Virus record (IMG/VR): IMGVR_UViG_3300022181_000093
Span: 1 to 43,538 of that record
DNA: 43,538 nt
Direction: 5' to 3' (one strand)
Source of the DNA: a virus
Taxonomy: Duplodnaviria; Caudoviricetes
In this document: positions 18,604 to 26,220 of the stretch, piece after piece
Position numbering within the stretch: position 1 is the first letter of the stretch
Layout of the letters: every line of letters starts with the position of its first letter
Translations under genes and position numbers: made by a program
Notes under the pieces: generated by a model
Seen by the model: only the letters and a program-made list of their open reading frames with translations
Told to the model about the DNA's origin: nothing
The model's database searches: none

Positions 18604-18776
18604 CCGAGGCGAGGGAATTTGCAGATGCGGCGGACGAGGCATTGACGGTTTTAACGGATCCCCGGCGGTATCGCGAGCTGCTCTTCGACCTGGCGGACAA
18701 CGGCAGGATCGACCAGCCGGAACTGAGAGAAAGAATCACCAGACTCAGGGACGTGTGCGCGGAGGCTCTCGCCTGA
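18600..18776 (+). CDS. Small hypothetical protein (58 aa, MTEAREFADAADE...), not in the ORF track
   Basis: GTG start overlaps the cro stop (GTGA); open frame to TGA 18774-18776. Confidence 0.55.
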   Translation: MTEAREFADAADEALTVLTDPRRYRELLFDLADNGRIDQPELRERITRLRDVCAEALA

Positions 18777-18798
18777 AGCGGTCGAGAGCGGAAAACCG

Positions 18799-18817
18799 GA
18801 ACCTTGACAGCCGAATA
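18799..18817 (+). promoter_or_regulatory. boxA-like antitermination motif GAACCTTGACAGCCGAATA
   Basis: Near-copy at 20196-20214; resembles rrn boxA-type CTTTGAAAACTGAA motifs. Function inferred. Confidence 0.45.
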
Positions 18818-18824
18818 GAGGAAT

Positions 18825-18848
18825 AAAAAAAGCCCCTCAAAGAGGGGC
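18825..18848 (-). terminator. Terminator downstream of the NYN gene
   Basis: GCCCCTC-TTT-GAGGGGC followed by T7 on the minus strand. Confidence 0.8.
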
Positions 18849-18882
18849 GCAAAACAAAAAACGGTCGCGCTCCGGCGGCTGA

Positions 18883-19509
18883 TCAGACATATTTGCCGGC
18901 GTCGCGGCAGGAGTTGTATAACGCTTCGTCAAAGGGCATCCAGTCGGTTTTGTCCACGCCCCGGCATCTTCGGCTTCCATCGGAGGGAAAGGCGGAAACG
19001 ATCTTGATCCAGCATTGACGCTCTCGGGCGATGGCGCGGACTTCCTCTGCAACTTCCTTGAAATCGTCGTCCTGGCTGAACAGCAGCGCCACGTCATATT
19101 CCCCAAGGCGAGCTCGCCGGACGAGGTCAAGGGCTATCCGAACATCGATCCCTTTTTCGCGGGGTTGGGAATAAAGCAGTTGCCCGTCATTCTTGTCGGG
19201 AATCGAAGAATAGCGAAGGAGGCGCGTAAAGACGGTGACCCGGCTGTCCTGTTTTTTGTGGGCTTCGAGTTTGCGTGTCCAGAAGTTGTGCCAATGCTCG
19301 TTGTGTTCGAAGGCGTGTATTCCGGTATACAGGTGAATCCCCATCAGATTCCATCCGGAATTCTGTTTGACGATGGTTCGCGCAAGGGCTACCGGGTCGT
19401 AGTCGGGGTAGGTATGCGATTGCCAGATATTTTTTGCCGTGCGGAAAAGGTTCTGGCAGTCGAAGAATGCGTGAACTCGCTTGGGATCAGGCTCATCATA
19501 TATTGACAT
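18883..19509 (-). CDS. NYN domain (LabA/DUF88, PIN-fold) ribonuclease
   Basis: FFDCQNL, EKGIDVRIALD and FSQDDDF acidic catalytic motifs. Confidence 0.9.
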   Translation of the reverse strand: MSIYDEPDPKRVHAFFDCQNLFRTAKNIWQSHTYPDYDPVALARTIVKQNSGWNLMGIHLYTGIHAFEHNEHWHNFWTRKLEAHKKQDSRVTVFTRLLRYSSIPDKNDGQLLYSQPREKGIDVRIALDLVRRARLGEYDVALLFSQDDDFKEVAEEVRAIARERQCWIKIVSAFPSDGSRRCRGVDKTDWMPFDEALYNSCRDAGKYV

Positions 19510-19521
19510 GTCGCTCTCCGC

Positions 19522-19590
19522 AAAAAAATAACCCCCGCAGAGGAACTGCTACGGAGACGCTCCGCTCACTCTTTGGGGGATTAAATCCTA
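19522..19590 (-). ncRNA. Candidate structured leader RNA/attenuator upstream of NYN
   Basis: Promoter TTGACA(19625-19620)-17-TACCCT. Closing stem TAATCCCC/GGGGGTTA, inner hairpin GCGGAG-CGT-CTCCGT, then T7 just before the NYN RBS. Confidence 0.5.
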
Positions 19591-19638
19591 GATGAAAGGG
19601 TACTGCGAAAATTTTATTTTGTCAAGAGAGAGGTCCGT

Positions 19639-19660
19639 AAAAAAAAGCCCCTCGCGGGGC
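19639..19660 (-). terminator. Terminator after the minus-strand RHH gene
   Basis: GCCCC-GCGA-GGGGC followed by T8. Confidence 0.7.
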
Positions 19661-19674
19661 GGGGAGGTGAGGGT

Positions 19675-19857
19675 GTGAGGGAGACGGTGCAAATGACGCT
19701 TAGGCTGCCCGCTGATCTGCATAGGACAGCCCGATTCATCGCGGCGGACAGAGGTGTTTCGATGAACGAGGTTCTTATTCAGCTTCTTCGGGAGGCAGTG
19801 GAAGGGCTCCAAATTTCTCCTCCCACCGGGCTACTTTCTCCTGTACGGCCTCGGTGA
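19675..19857 (+). CDS. Arc/HicB-like ribbon-helix-helix protein
   Basis: MTLRLPADLH...AADRGVSMNEVLIQLL; GGAGGTG RBS; 3' end overlaps the convergent RHH gene. Confidence 0.7.
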   Translation: MRETVQMTLRLPADLHRTARFIAADRGVSMNEVLIQLLREAVEGLQISPPTGLLSPVRPR

Positions 19858-19948
19858 CGAGGTCGTTTTGAGAGATGTTTCGGAAGGCGGCAAGCACACG
19901 GAGCTTGGTATGGACATCATCCGGGAGCCTCAAGGTTAATTGGGCCAT
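19775..19948 (-). CDS. Arc/Mnt-like ribbon-helix-helix protein
   Basis: MAQLTLRLPDDVHTKLRVLAAFRNISQNDLV; ATG 19948 with GGAGG RBS. Confidence 0.8.
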   Translation of the reverse strand: MAQLTLRLPDDVHTKLRVLAAFRNISQNDLVTEAVQEKVARWEEKFGALPLPPEEAE

Positions 19949-19966
19949 ATTGGCATCCTCCAATCA

Positions 19967-20032
19967 ATCAAAGATTCATTGACATCATAGAGGGTTGGCT
20001 CTATACTATCTAGTATCAAAGAATCTTTGAAT
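19967..20032 (+). promoter_or_regulatory. Consensus sigma70 promoter with ATCAAAGA/TCTTTGA operator half-sites
   Basis: TTGACA(19979)-17-TATACT(20002); ATCAAAGA at 19967 and 20015, TCTTTGA at 20024. Confidence 0.7.
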
Positions 20033-20048
20033 CTATGGAGGTGAACCA

Positions 20049-20186
20049 ATGGAAGTTGTCGTCTCGAACATGCGCTGGCCGGTGACGCTGCACCGCAAGT
20101 TGAAAGAGGCGGTGGAGCGTGAAGGAAAGTCAATGAACCAGTTGGTGGTGGACATCGTACAGGCGTGGCTGGATGAACGGGAGTAA
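20049..20186 (+). CDS. Arc-like ribbon-helix-helix protein (45 aa), not in the ORF track
   Basis: MEVVVSNMRWPVTLHRKLKEAVEREGKSMNQLVVDIVQAWLDERE; GGAGGTG RBS; consensus promoter upstream. Confidence 0.8.
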   Translation: MEVVVSNMRWPVTLHRKLKEAVEREGKSMNQLVVDIVQAWLDERE

Positions 20187-20195
20187 CGACGGGAA

Positions 20196-20243
20196 GAACC
20201 TTGAAAAGTGAATAAAGGTCAAAATAACCCCTCGAACGAGGGG
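20196..20243 (+). promoter_or_regulatory. Second boxA-like motif plus CCCCTCG/CGAGGGG hairpin
   Basis: GAACCTTGAAAAGTGAATA at 20196-20214; hairpin at 20228-20243; same layout as 18799-18848. Confidence 0.45.
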
Positions 20244-20348
20244 CGAAGATTTATGGTTGGTCCGATATTCGCAAAATCATTTGTGACTTGTAAAACGCAA
20301 ATTAGCATTCACAAAGCGCTTTGTACATACTGGGCGAGTCGCAAGATT

Positions 20349-21452
20349 TCAAAACACCTTACGCCCCTCAGCAATGTTGAGCAGAGCCGGAAAACTAAGA
20401 ACCGCCGATTTGCGCCCCCTAGCTTCCTGCATAGTTTTCAATAAACCATCATCCTTCAACGCCCGAAGTAAAGCATCAACCGTCGGTTTTTTAATCCCTG
20501 TTTTTGGAGAAACCGAAGATGCCTGGAATATTGGTCGGGTAAACATGAAATCCAATATTTGAATGACGTATTGAGAATGAGTTAGCTCTTGAATACGCGT
20601 CTTCATGTCATTATAGAGCCTAATCATTCGATTTACTCTATCACTACAGGTATACGCCTGTTCCGTCACAGCTTTTAGAAAAAATACTATCCAACTGTTC
20701 CAGTCATCATTTCTGGAAATCTCCTGAAGGCGATAGTAATACTCCTTTCGATTCGCTTCAAGATACGCGCTGAGGTAAAACATGGGTTTAGTGAGTAATT
20801 TTTTCTGGAAAAGAAAAAGAGGTATTAAGAGTCTGCCAATCCGCCCATTTCCGTCTTTAAATGGATGCAACAACTCGAACTGCGCATGAACTATGCTTGC
20901 TTGTACAAGAGGATCGCAGTCGTCGCCTGCAACATATGCTTCCCAGCGTTCCAAATGCCCGGGGAGCTGTAGTGGATCAGGTGGAACGAATGTCGCCTGT
21001 TCTATGGTACATCCGAAATAACCTATCCAGTTCTGATCCTTCCGAAACTCGCCAGGATCTTTGTCTTCTCCTCGAACGCTGTTCAACAGGATTTTATGTA
21101 GAGACCTTATAAGATGTCTCGTAATAGTTCTTTCCTTAAGTTCGTTTTGAGCTTCTAGAAGAGCTTGGCGATAGTTTAGAACCTCGTGTATGTCGTAAAA
21201 TTTCGCCCCTTCCTTGACCATCCCAGCTTCTTGTTCAAGTACTTCATCCACAGTAACTTGCGTGCCTTCTATTTTGGAGGAGAGAACGGCTTCTTCAGTG
21301 GTCAACGGAGAAAGCATGACTATGGGATTGACGATACCGTGGAGAAGTCCGTCGTACTTTCCTAATGCTGCCCGTGCATCTCCGATGTGTGAAAGAAGCA
21401 AGCGAAAATCAAGGTTTTTCAGAGGCAAATCGTGTGGAACGTAGGCTTTCAT
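20349..21452 (-). CDS. Fic family protein with N-terminal inhibitory motif and C-terminal HTH
   Basis: HPFKDGNGRIGR Fic motif; SSKIEG inhibitory motif (class II arrangement). Confidence 0.93.
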   Translation of the reverse strand: MKAYVPHDLPLKNLDFRLLLSHIGDARAALGKYDGLLHGIVNPIVMLSPLTTEEAVLSSKIEGTQVTVDEVLEQEAGMVKEGAKFYDIHEVLNYRQALLEAQNELKERTITRHLIRSLHKILLNSVRGEDKDPGEFRKDQNWIGYFGCTIEQATFVPPDPLQLPGHLERWEAYVAGDDCDPLVQASIVHAQFELLHPFKDGNGRIGRLLIPLFLFQKKLLTKPMFYLSAYLEANRKEYYYRLQEISRNDDWNSWIVFFLKAVTEQAYTCSDRVNRMIRLYNDMKTRIQELTHSQYVIQILDFMFTRPIFQASSVSPKTGIKKPTVDALLRALKDDGLLKTMQEARGRKSAVLSFPALLNIAEGRKVF

Positions 21453-21621
21453 GCGGACACTAACTCCTTTCGTATCGATATAGTATACCGCGACAACATG
21501 CTGTTCAAGGCGAATGATTCGGAAAAAAGTCCGGCAAGATTTTGAAGGTCGAAGAGAAAAACACCTCCATTGAAAGATTTATCCAAGTATATCCCATCAC
21601 GGAACGAAAGGAGGTCAAACC

Positions 21622-21942
21622 ATGGCGCCCCAAACCATCTTCGTCCTCGATCAGGGGGCGAGGGAAGAAATCGAATCCATGCACAGGAAGATAGACCGCA
21701 TGATGCACCTGATCTCGGCCAGGGCCCCTTCTCCGGAAGAAGACGAATGGCTCACGGCGGGGGAATTTTGCAGGCGGTACAAAATGGGCCGCAGCACCCT
21801 GACCCGGCGGCTGTCGGATCCCCGGGGGCTGATTGAGGTGAAGGACACCGGCGGAAAAAAGTCGCTCTACCGGTGGGCGAACAAGGGGGAAGGGGAGGAT
21901 GCTCATGCTGACGAAGCTCCTGGCCAGAAGCGGCGCGATTAA
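21622..21942 (+). CDS. Phage HTH DNA-binding protein (excisionase-like)
   Basis: EWLTAGEFCRRYKMGRSTLTRRL; AAGGAGG RBS. Confidence 0.7.
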   Translation: MAPQTIFVLDQGAREEIESMHRKIDRMMHLISARAPSPEEDEWLTAGEFCRRYKMGRSTLTRRLSDPRGLIEVKDTGGKKSLYRWANKGEGEDAHADEAPGQKRRD

Positions 21943-21968
21943 GGGACCCTATCGAAGGAGGCGATGGA

Positions 21969-22103
21969 ATGAACGATGCTCAGCTCTTTATCGGATGCTT
22001 TGCCTTCGGGCTCCTTGTCTTGGGGGTGGGGTACGGGATCGGCTTTGCAGCGGGTTTTCTTGCCGGAGCGAGGTCAGGAGATGGAAGTGATGATCTCCGA
22101 TAA
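21969..22103 (+). CDS. Small single-pass membrane protein (44 aa), not in the ORF track
   Basis: MNDAQLFIGCFAFGLLVLGVGYGIGFAAGFLAGARSGDGSDDLR; AAGGAGG RBS 7 nt upstream. Confidence 0.6.
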   Translation: MNDAQLFIGCFAFGLLVLGVGYGIGFAAGFLAGARSGDGSDDLR

Positions 22104-22302
22104 ATGGCGCACGGTGTTCCGAGTCATCCACGAGGATTTCTCGAAGGAGCAGTACGACACTCGGGAAGAAGCTCTTGCGGTGGCTCGCGATGGTGACCGG
22201 ATCATGAAGGTTCTTGACAGAGGAAACGGCCGCCTCGCTTTTGTGGGTTTCGTCGCTCTTGGACAGCGGTTCGCAGAGACTCCGGGAGAAAGCAGGGCAT
22301 GA
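22090..22302 (+). CDS. Phage hypothetical protein
   Basis: AGGAG RBS; stop overlaps the next start (ATGA). Start position uncertain. Confidence 0.55.
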   Translation: MISDKWRTVFRVIHEDFSKEQYDTREEALAVARDGDRIMKVLDRGNGRLAFVGFVALGQRFAETPGESRA

Positions 22303-22502
22303 AATGCGTCCTTTGCGGAACCACGGGATGCGATGGAGCGACGGACCAGAACGGAGAGTTCGTCTGTCAGGACTGCTGGGCGGCCGGGGAGGCCACGGGG
22401 AGAACCGCTTCGAGATTTGTCCCCGCAGGGCTGGAGTATCCTTTTCCCTTCCCGGCGTCCGAGGAATTGCGGCGGCTTGCGGGTTTCAACCGGAAAAAAT
22501 AA
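22299..22502 (+). CDS. Small Zn-finger-like protein
   Basis: CxxC...CxxC; translationally coupled to the previous ORF. Confidence 0.55.
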   Translation: MKCVLCGTTGCDGATDQNGEFVCQDCWAAGEATGRTASRFVPAGLEYPFPFPASEELRRLAGFNRKK

Positions 22503-22575
22503 GAAACCTCCGCTTTCGCGGAGGCCGTCCATGGAACAAGGCAGGTGCTACGAACACCTGCCTCACATTTTAACA
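22495..22575 (-). ncRNA. Candidate antisense small RNA with its own extended -10 promoter and terminator
   Basis: Minus strand TGT-TAAAAT (22575-22567), hairpin GGCAGGTG/CACCTGCC, then CCTCCGC-GAAA-GCGGAGG-TTTCTTATTTTTT. Confidence 0.4.
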
Positions 22576-22596
22576 CACAGTGGGGAGGGATGAACG

Positions 22597-22863
22597 ATGG
22601 CCGAAGTAACGGCACAGTACATCCTCGAAACCCTTGACAGGGAGATCGGGGATTCCTTCTGCGAAAAGTGCGGGTTCAAGAAGATTTTGCGGGGGCCGTT
22701 CGACGAATATGGGTTGCCCCTCGCGCCGGATGAAGAGGTGTGCGAGTACAACCTGGACCACCCGGCGGATGATCGCTGCCCGAAACACCGGGCCTATCTC
22801 GACCTGGTCGAATCCGCCGACGAGCTGGCGGGCAAGATCATGAACGGGGGGAGAGAAATATGA
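22597..22863 (+). CDS. Cys-rich phage hypothetical protein
   Basis: CEKC...C...C; GGAGG RBS; coupled to the YqaJ gene. Confidence 0.7.
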   Translation: MAEVTAQYILETLDREIGDSFCEKCGFKKILRGPFDEYGLPLAPDEEVCEYNLDHPADDRCPKHRAYLDLVESADELAGKIMNGGREI

Positions 22864-23846
22864 CCAGAGTGCTTGTGTCGACAAAGGAACTTGACCGTGA
22901 GGAGTGGCTTGAGCAACGGCGTCAGGGTATAGGGGGCTCGGACACGCCAGTCATTATCCTGGGGGACGAACACCCTTTCACCACTCCAAGGGAGCTCTGG
23001 GAAGAGAAGGTGGGCATCAGGGGCAGCGACACCGCCACCCCCGCCATGAAGCGCGGAACGGCCCTCGAGTCCACCATAGCGACCATCTACGCAGGTGAGA
23101 CGGAAAGAAAAATCCGGCGGGTCAACGCCATCCTCCAGCATGAGCGATTCGACTGGATGGTCGGCAACATCGACAGGGAGATTGTAGGAGTCAAGGGACG
23201 CAAGCCGGGAATCCTCGAGATCAAATGCCCCGGCCTCCGGACCTTCTCGAAAATCAAGCGGGAGGGGATTCCCGATTACTACCAGCTCCAGATGCAGCAT
23301 TACCTGGCCGTTTCCGGCCGCGAATGGGGAGCCTTCGCGATCTTCAACGCGGAGCTCTGGGAGCTGATAGCCTTTGACATCGACCGGGAAGACGACCTGA
23401 TCGACCTCATTTACGACCGGGACGCCGCCTTCTGGAAGATGGTCCAAGAGGGGACGCCGCCCGAGGAAGGGAAAACGATGATCAATCCCGACATCCCCCC
23501 ACTGCAGACGGACATGGAACTGATCCGGATGGAGGGCGAGGGATGGCGAAGGGCTGTCGAAGACTACAGAACGGCCAGGGAGATTCTTGCCGAGGCCGAA
23601 GAACTGGAATCGGGGGCGAAGGAAAGGCTCCAGAACTTCATGAGCCAGGCACACGCCCAAGTTGCGGAAGGGTGCGGCCTGCGGGTCTTCTGGCGGGAGC
23701 AGGCCGGAAGAGAAACCTTCGACCACAAGGCCTTCGCGAAAACACATCCCGAACTGGTGGAATCCATGAGGCCGTTTTATAAGAAATCGAAACCGTCGCG
23801 GCCGTTCAGGCCCTATTTCCTGAAGGAGGAAAAAGTCCATGAATAA
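22860..23846 (+). CDS. YqaJ-like (lambda-exonuclease family) viral recombinase nuclease
   Basis: WLEQRRQGIGGSD, GTALE, NIDR, LEIK and YQLQMQHYL motifs. Confidence 0.92.
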   Translation: MTRVLVSTKELDREEWLEQRRQGIGGSDTPVIILGDEHPFTTPRELWEEKVGIRGSDTATPAMKRGTALESTIATIYAGETERKIRRVNAILQHERFDWMVGNIDREIVGVKGRKPGILEIKCPGLRTFSKIKREGIPDYYQLQMQHYLAVSGREWGAFAIFNAELWELIAFDIDREDDLIDLIYDRDAAFWKMVQEGTPPEEGKTMINPDIPPLQTDMELIRMEGEGWRRAVEDYRTAREILAEAEELESGAKERLQNFMSQAHAQVAEGCGLRVFWREQAGRETFDHKAFAKTHPELVESMRPFYKKSKPSRPFRPYFLKEEKVHE

Positions 23847-24834
23847 CGGAATGATGCAGATTCAGAACGGGGCTTCCAGCGCCATCTCCTATGCCGATCC
23901 CGCCGCAGTCGCCGCTGCCGAAGCTGCGAAGGCCCGAATCCAGGCGGCGTATATCATGGCGCTCCAGAGACCTCGAAGCTATGACCAGAGCAGAATCAAG
24001 ATCCTCGAGGCTTGCTCCCGGCCCTGTTTTGCCGAGAAGGTGGAATACTCCAAACCCGTCGGCGGAGGACGGCCGGTTGTGGGGCCTTCTATTCGCTTCG
24101 CCGAGCTTGCGCTCCGGGAGTGGGGCAATATCGCCTACGAAAACCAGGTGGTCTATGACGACGAACTTACCAGGCGCATCAACGTGACCATTACCGACCT
24201 GGAAACGAACACCACCTTCAGCGCCTCTCTCCAGATCAACAAAACGGTGGAGCGGAAAAAGACCGAGGGGCGAGACGTCCTGAGCGAACGGATCAATTCC
24301 TACGGCGAAAAAGTATTCCTGGTGCGGGCCACGGAGGACGAAATCATGAACAAACAGGCCGCTGCCATCTCCAAGGCTCTCCGAAACGAAGGACTCAGGC
24401 TGATACCTCAGGACATCATTGAGGAGGCCATTGAACGGGCCAGGGAAACGGTAAAAAAACGGGACAAGGCCGATCCCGACGCCGCCAGGAAGAAACTCGC
24501 CGATGCCTTCGCGGGCCTCCGCATCATGCCCACGGACCTTGAGAAATATCTCGGCCACTCCCTGGCACAGACCAGCCCCGCCGAGATACAGGAACTCAGG
24601 TCCATATACCAGACCATTCGCGACGGGGAGGCGAAGTGGAGCGATTACGTGACCCCTCAGGAAGAGGAACCTTCCTCTGCGGCCAAAGATTCGAAGCGCA
24701 AGATCCATGATCTGAAGCAGCGGATGAAACAGGAGAAGGAGGATGAGCCGAAGTCAGTCAGGGAGGAAATTGACCTGACGGGAACAGATACCGGAAACCT
24801 CTTTCCGGAATCGGATGAGAACGGGGCGGTATAG
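23839..24834 (+). CDS. Putative single-strand annealing protein partner of YqaJ
   Basis: Occupies the RecT/Erf slot; PR....C, Y.KP.G and GPSIRFAE...WGN motifs; acidic C-terminal tail. Function inferred from position. Confidence 0.6.
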   Translation: MNNGMMQIQNGASSAISYADPAAVAAAEAAKARIQAAYIMALQRPRSYDQSRIKILEACSRPCFAEKVEYSKPVGGGRPVVGPSIRFAELALREWGNIAYENQVVYDDELTRRINVTITDLETNTTFSASLQINKTVERKKTEGRDVLSERINSYGEKVFLVRATEDEIMNKQAAAISKALRNEGLRLIPQDIIEEAIERARETVKKRDKADPDAARKKLADAFAGLRIMPTDLEKYLGHSLAQTSPAEIQELRSIYQTIRDGEAKWSDYVTPQEEEPSSAAKDSKRKIHDLKQRMKQEKEDEPKSVREEIDLTGTDTGNLFPESDENGAV

Positions 24835-24879
24835 CACCGCCCCTCATTTCACTCCGAAGCAGCGAAGGAGGTGCTGAGG

Positions 24880-25359
24880 ATGGCAAAAAACAACGCTCAC
24901 GACGAAGAAAAATACATCATATCGGCCGACGGCCAGATTCACGCCTTCCCCGAGGAAGGGCTGAGTGCAGACTTCGTTGACCTGGAATATGAAAAGGCAA
25001 CAGAGCGCATGAAACAGGCCCTTGCGGAGGAAGCCGGAGCAAAAGACGAGAAAGCCCACGCCGCGGCGGTGCACAAAACAAAGCTTCGCCAGCTCTATTG
25101 GGCGGAGATAGAAGCGCTCAGGGAAGCGGCGCGGGTGGCCTCTCTGCGGTACCCTCGCGCCGTGATGGTGGCCATGGACTCTCTTGATACCCCGAGAGTG
25201 GTACGGGGTTTTTACCTGTCGATTTTCTCTCTCGCTGACTCCGTCTTTTATGGGGCGTTTCTTGAGGGGAATCCCGTTGAACCGGTGGGTAATGCCGTTG
25301 ACCTGGATGACAGAAATGTTGTCACCCCGCTGGACGAGGTAGAGGAGGGGGCGGCGTAG
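24880..25359 (+). CDS. Phage hypothetical protein
   Basis: GGAGG RBS; flanked by similar GGGGCGG/CCGCCCC hairpins. Confidence 0.7.
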   Translation: MAKNNAHDEEKYIISADGQIHAFPEEGLSADFVDLEYEKATERMKQALAEEAGAKDEKAHAAAVHKTKLRQLYWAEIEALREAARVASLRYPRAVMVAMDSLDTPRVVRGFYLSIFSLADSVFYGAFLEGNPVEPVGNAVDLDDRNVVTPLDEVEEGAA

Positions 25360-25383
25360 TCCGCCCCCTTTCAGGGGACTATC

Positions 25384-26220
25384 GTGAACACGGACATCAG
25401 GATATCAGTGTCCTTTAAGGACCATAGGAAAAGGAAGCGCCTGAAGATGCTCTTGGGCGCCGGAGCAACAGACTATCTTCTTGATCTGTGGATATCGACC
25501 GCGATGAATCATCCTTCGGGAAGACTCGACGGCATGGATGAAGTTGATATTGCCCTGGAAGCCGGATGGGAAGGAGAACCAGCGGCCTTCTGCCGTGCCC
25601 TTGTCGAATGCAGATTCCTCGATGTCGATGAAGACGGTGTCTATGTTCTGCATGACTGGGAGGACCATCAGCCCTATGTTTTGGGAGCTGAGGCCCGCAC
25701 CGAGAGGGCAAGGAATGCTGCCCGGAGCAGATGGGGATACAAAGAGAATGCGTCTGGCATGCGGGGAGCAATGCAGGAAACCGAAAGCAGCAATGCCCCA
25801 TCTCCATCTCCATCTCCATCTCCATCTCCAAAACCAAATCAAAACCCATACGTCGGTCAAAAACCGACCGACGCGCCCGAATCGGGGGGCAAGCCTCCCA
25901 AAATCGCGCACATTCCCCACGCCCAGATCATGGAATTCTGGAACACCATCGTCGGCCCCAGGGGCAAGCCGCGAATCAAAAGCATGACCGACTTCAGGAA
26001 AAAGGCCCTCCGGCGCATGTGGCAGGACCTGGGCGAGGATGCCGATTTCACCGAACCGGATGTCTGGCGACAGTTCTTCGAATTCTGCACGCGCTCCGAG
26101 ATCCTCATGGACGGCGGATGGTTCACCTTCGACTGGCTCTTCAAGCCCGCGAATTTTCAAAAGGTCCTTGAAGGCAACTACCACGGGAGGAGGCGGCGGG
26201 CATGGCAAGAGAGCCGGTAG
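25384..26220 (+). CDS. Phage replication initiator (replisome organiser-like)
   Basis: N-terminal winged-helix-like region ending LHDWEDHQ, PS-repeat linker, C-terminal FDWLFKPANFQKVLEGNY. Confidence 0.8.
   Translation: MNTDIRISVSFKDHRKRKRLKMLLGAGATDYLLDLWISTAMNHPSGRLDGMDEVDIALEAGWEGEPAAFCRALVECRFLDVDEDGVYVLHDWEDHQPYVLGAEARTERARNAARSRWGYKENASGMRGAMQETESSNAPSPSPSPSPSPKPNQNPYVGQKPTDAPESGGKPPKIAHIPHAQIMEFWNTIVGPRGKPRIKSMTDFRKKALRRMWQDLGEDADFTEPDVWRQFFEFCTRSEILMDGGWFTFDWLFKPANFQKVLEGNYHGRRRRAWQESR
25798..25830 (+). repeat. (CCATCT)5 tandem repeat encoding a Pro-Ser linker
   Basis: Directly visible; in frame within the initiator gene. Confidence 0.9.

Noticed and set aside
19530-19588. CCCCCGC...GGGGGATTAAATCC on + loosely resembling a split CRISPR repeat
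   Set aside because: Promoter and U-tract indicate minus-strand transcription; the similarity is low-complexity.
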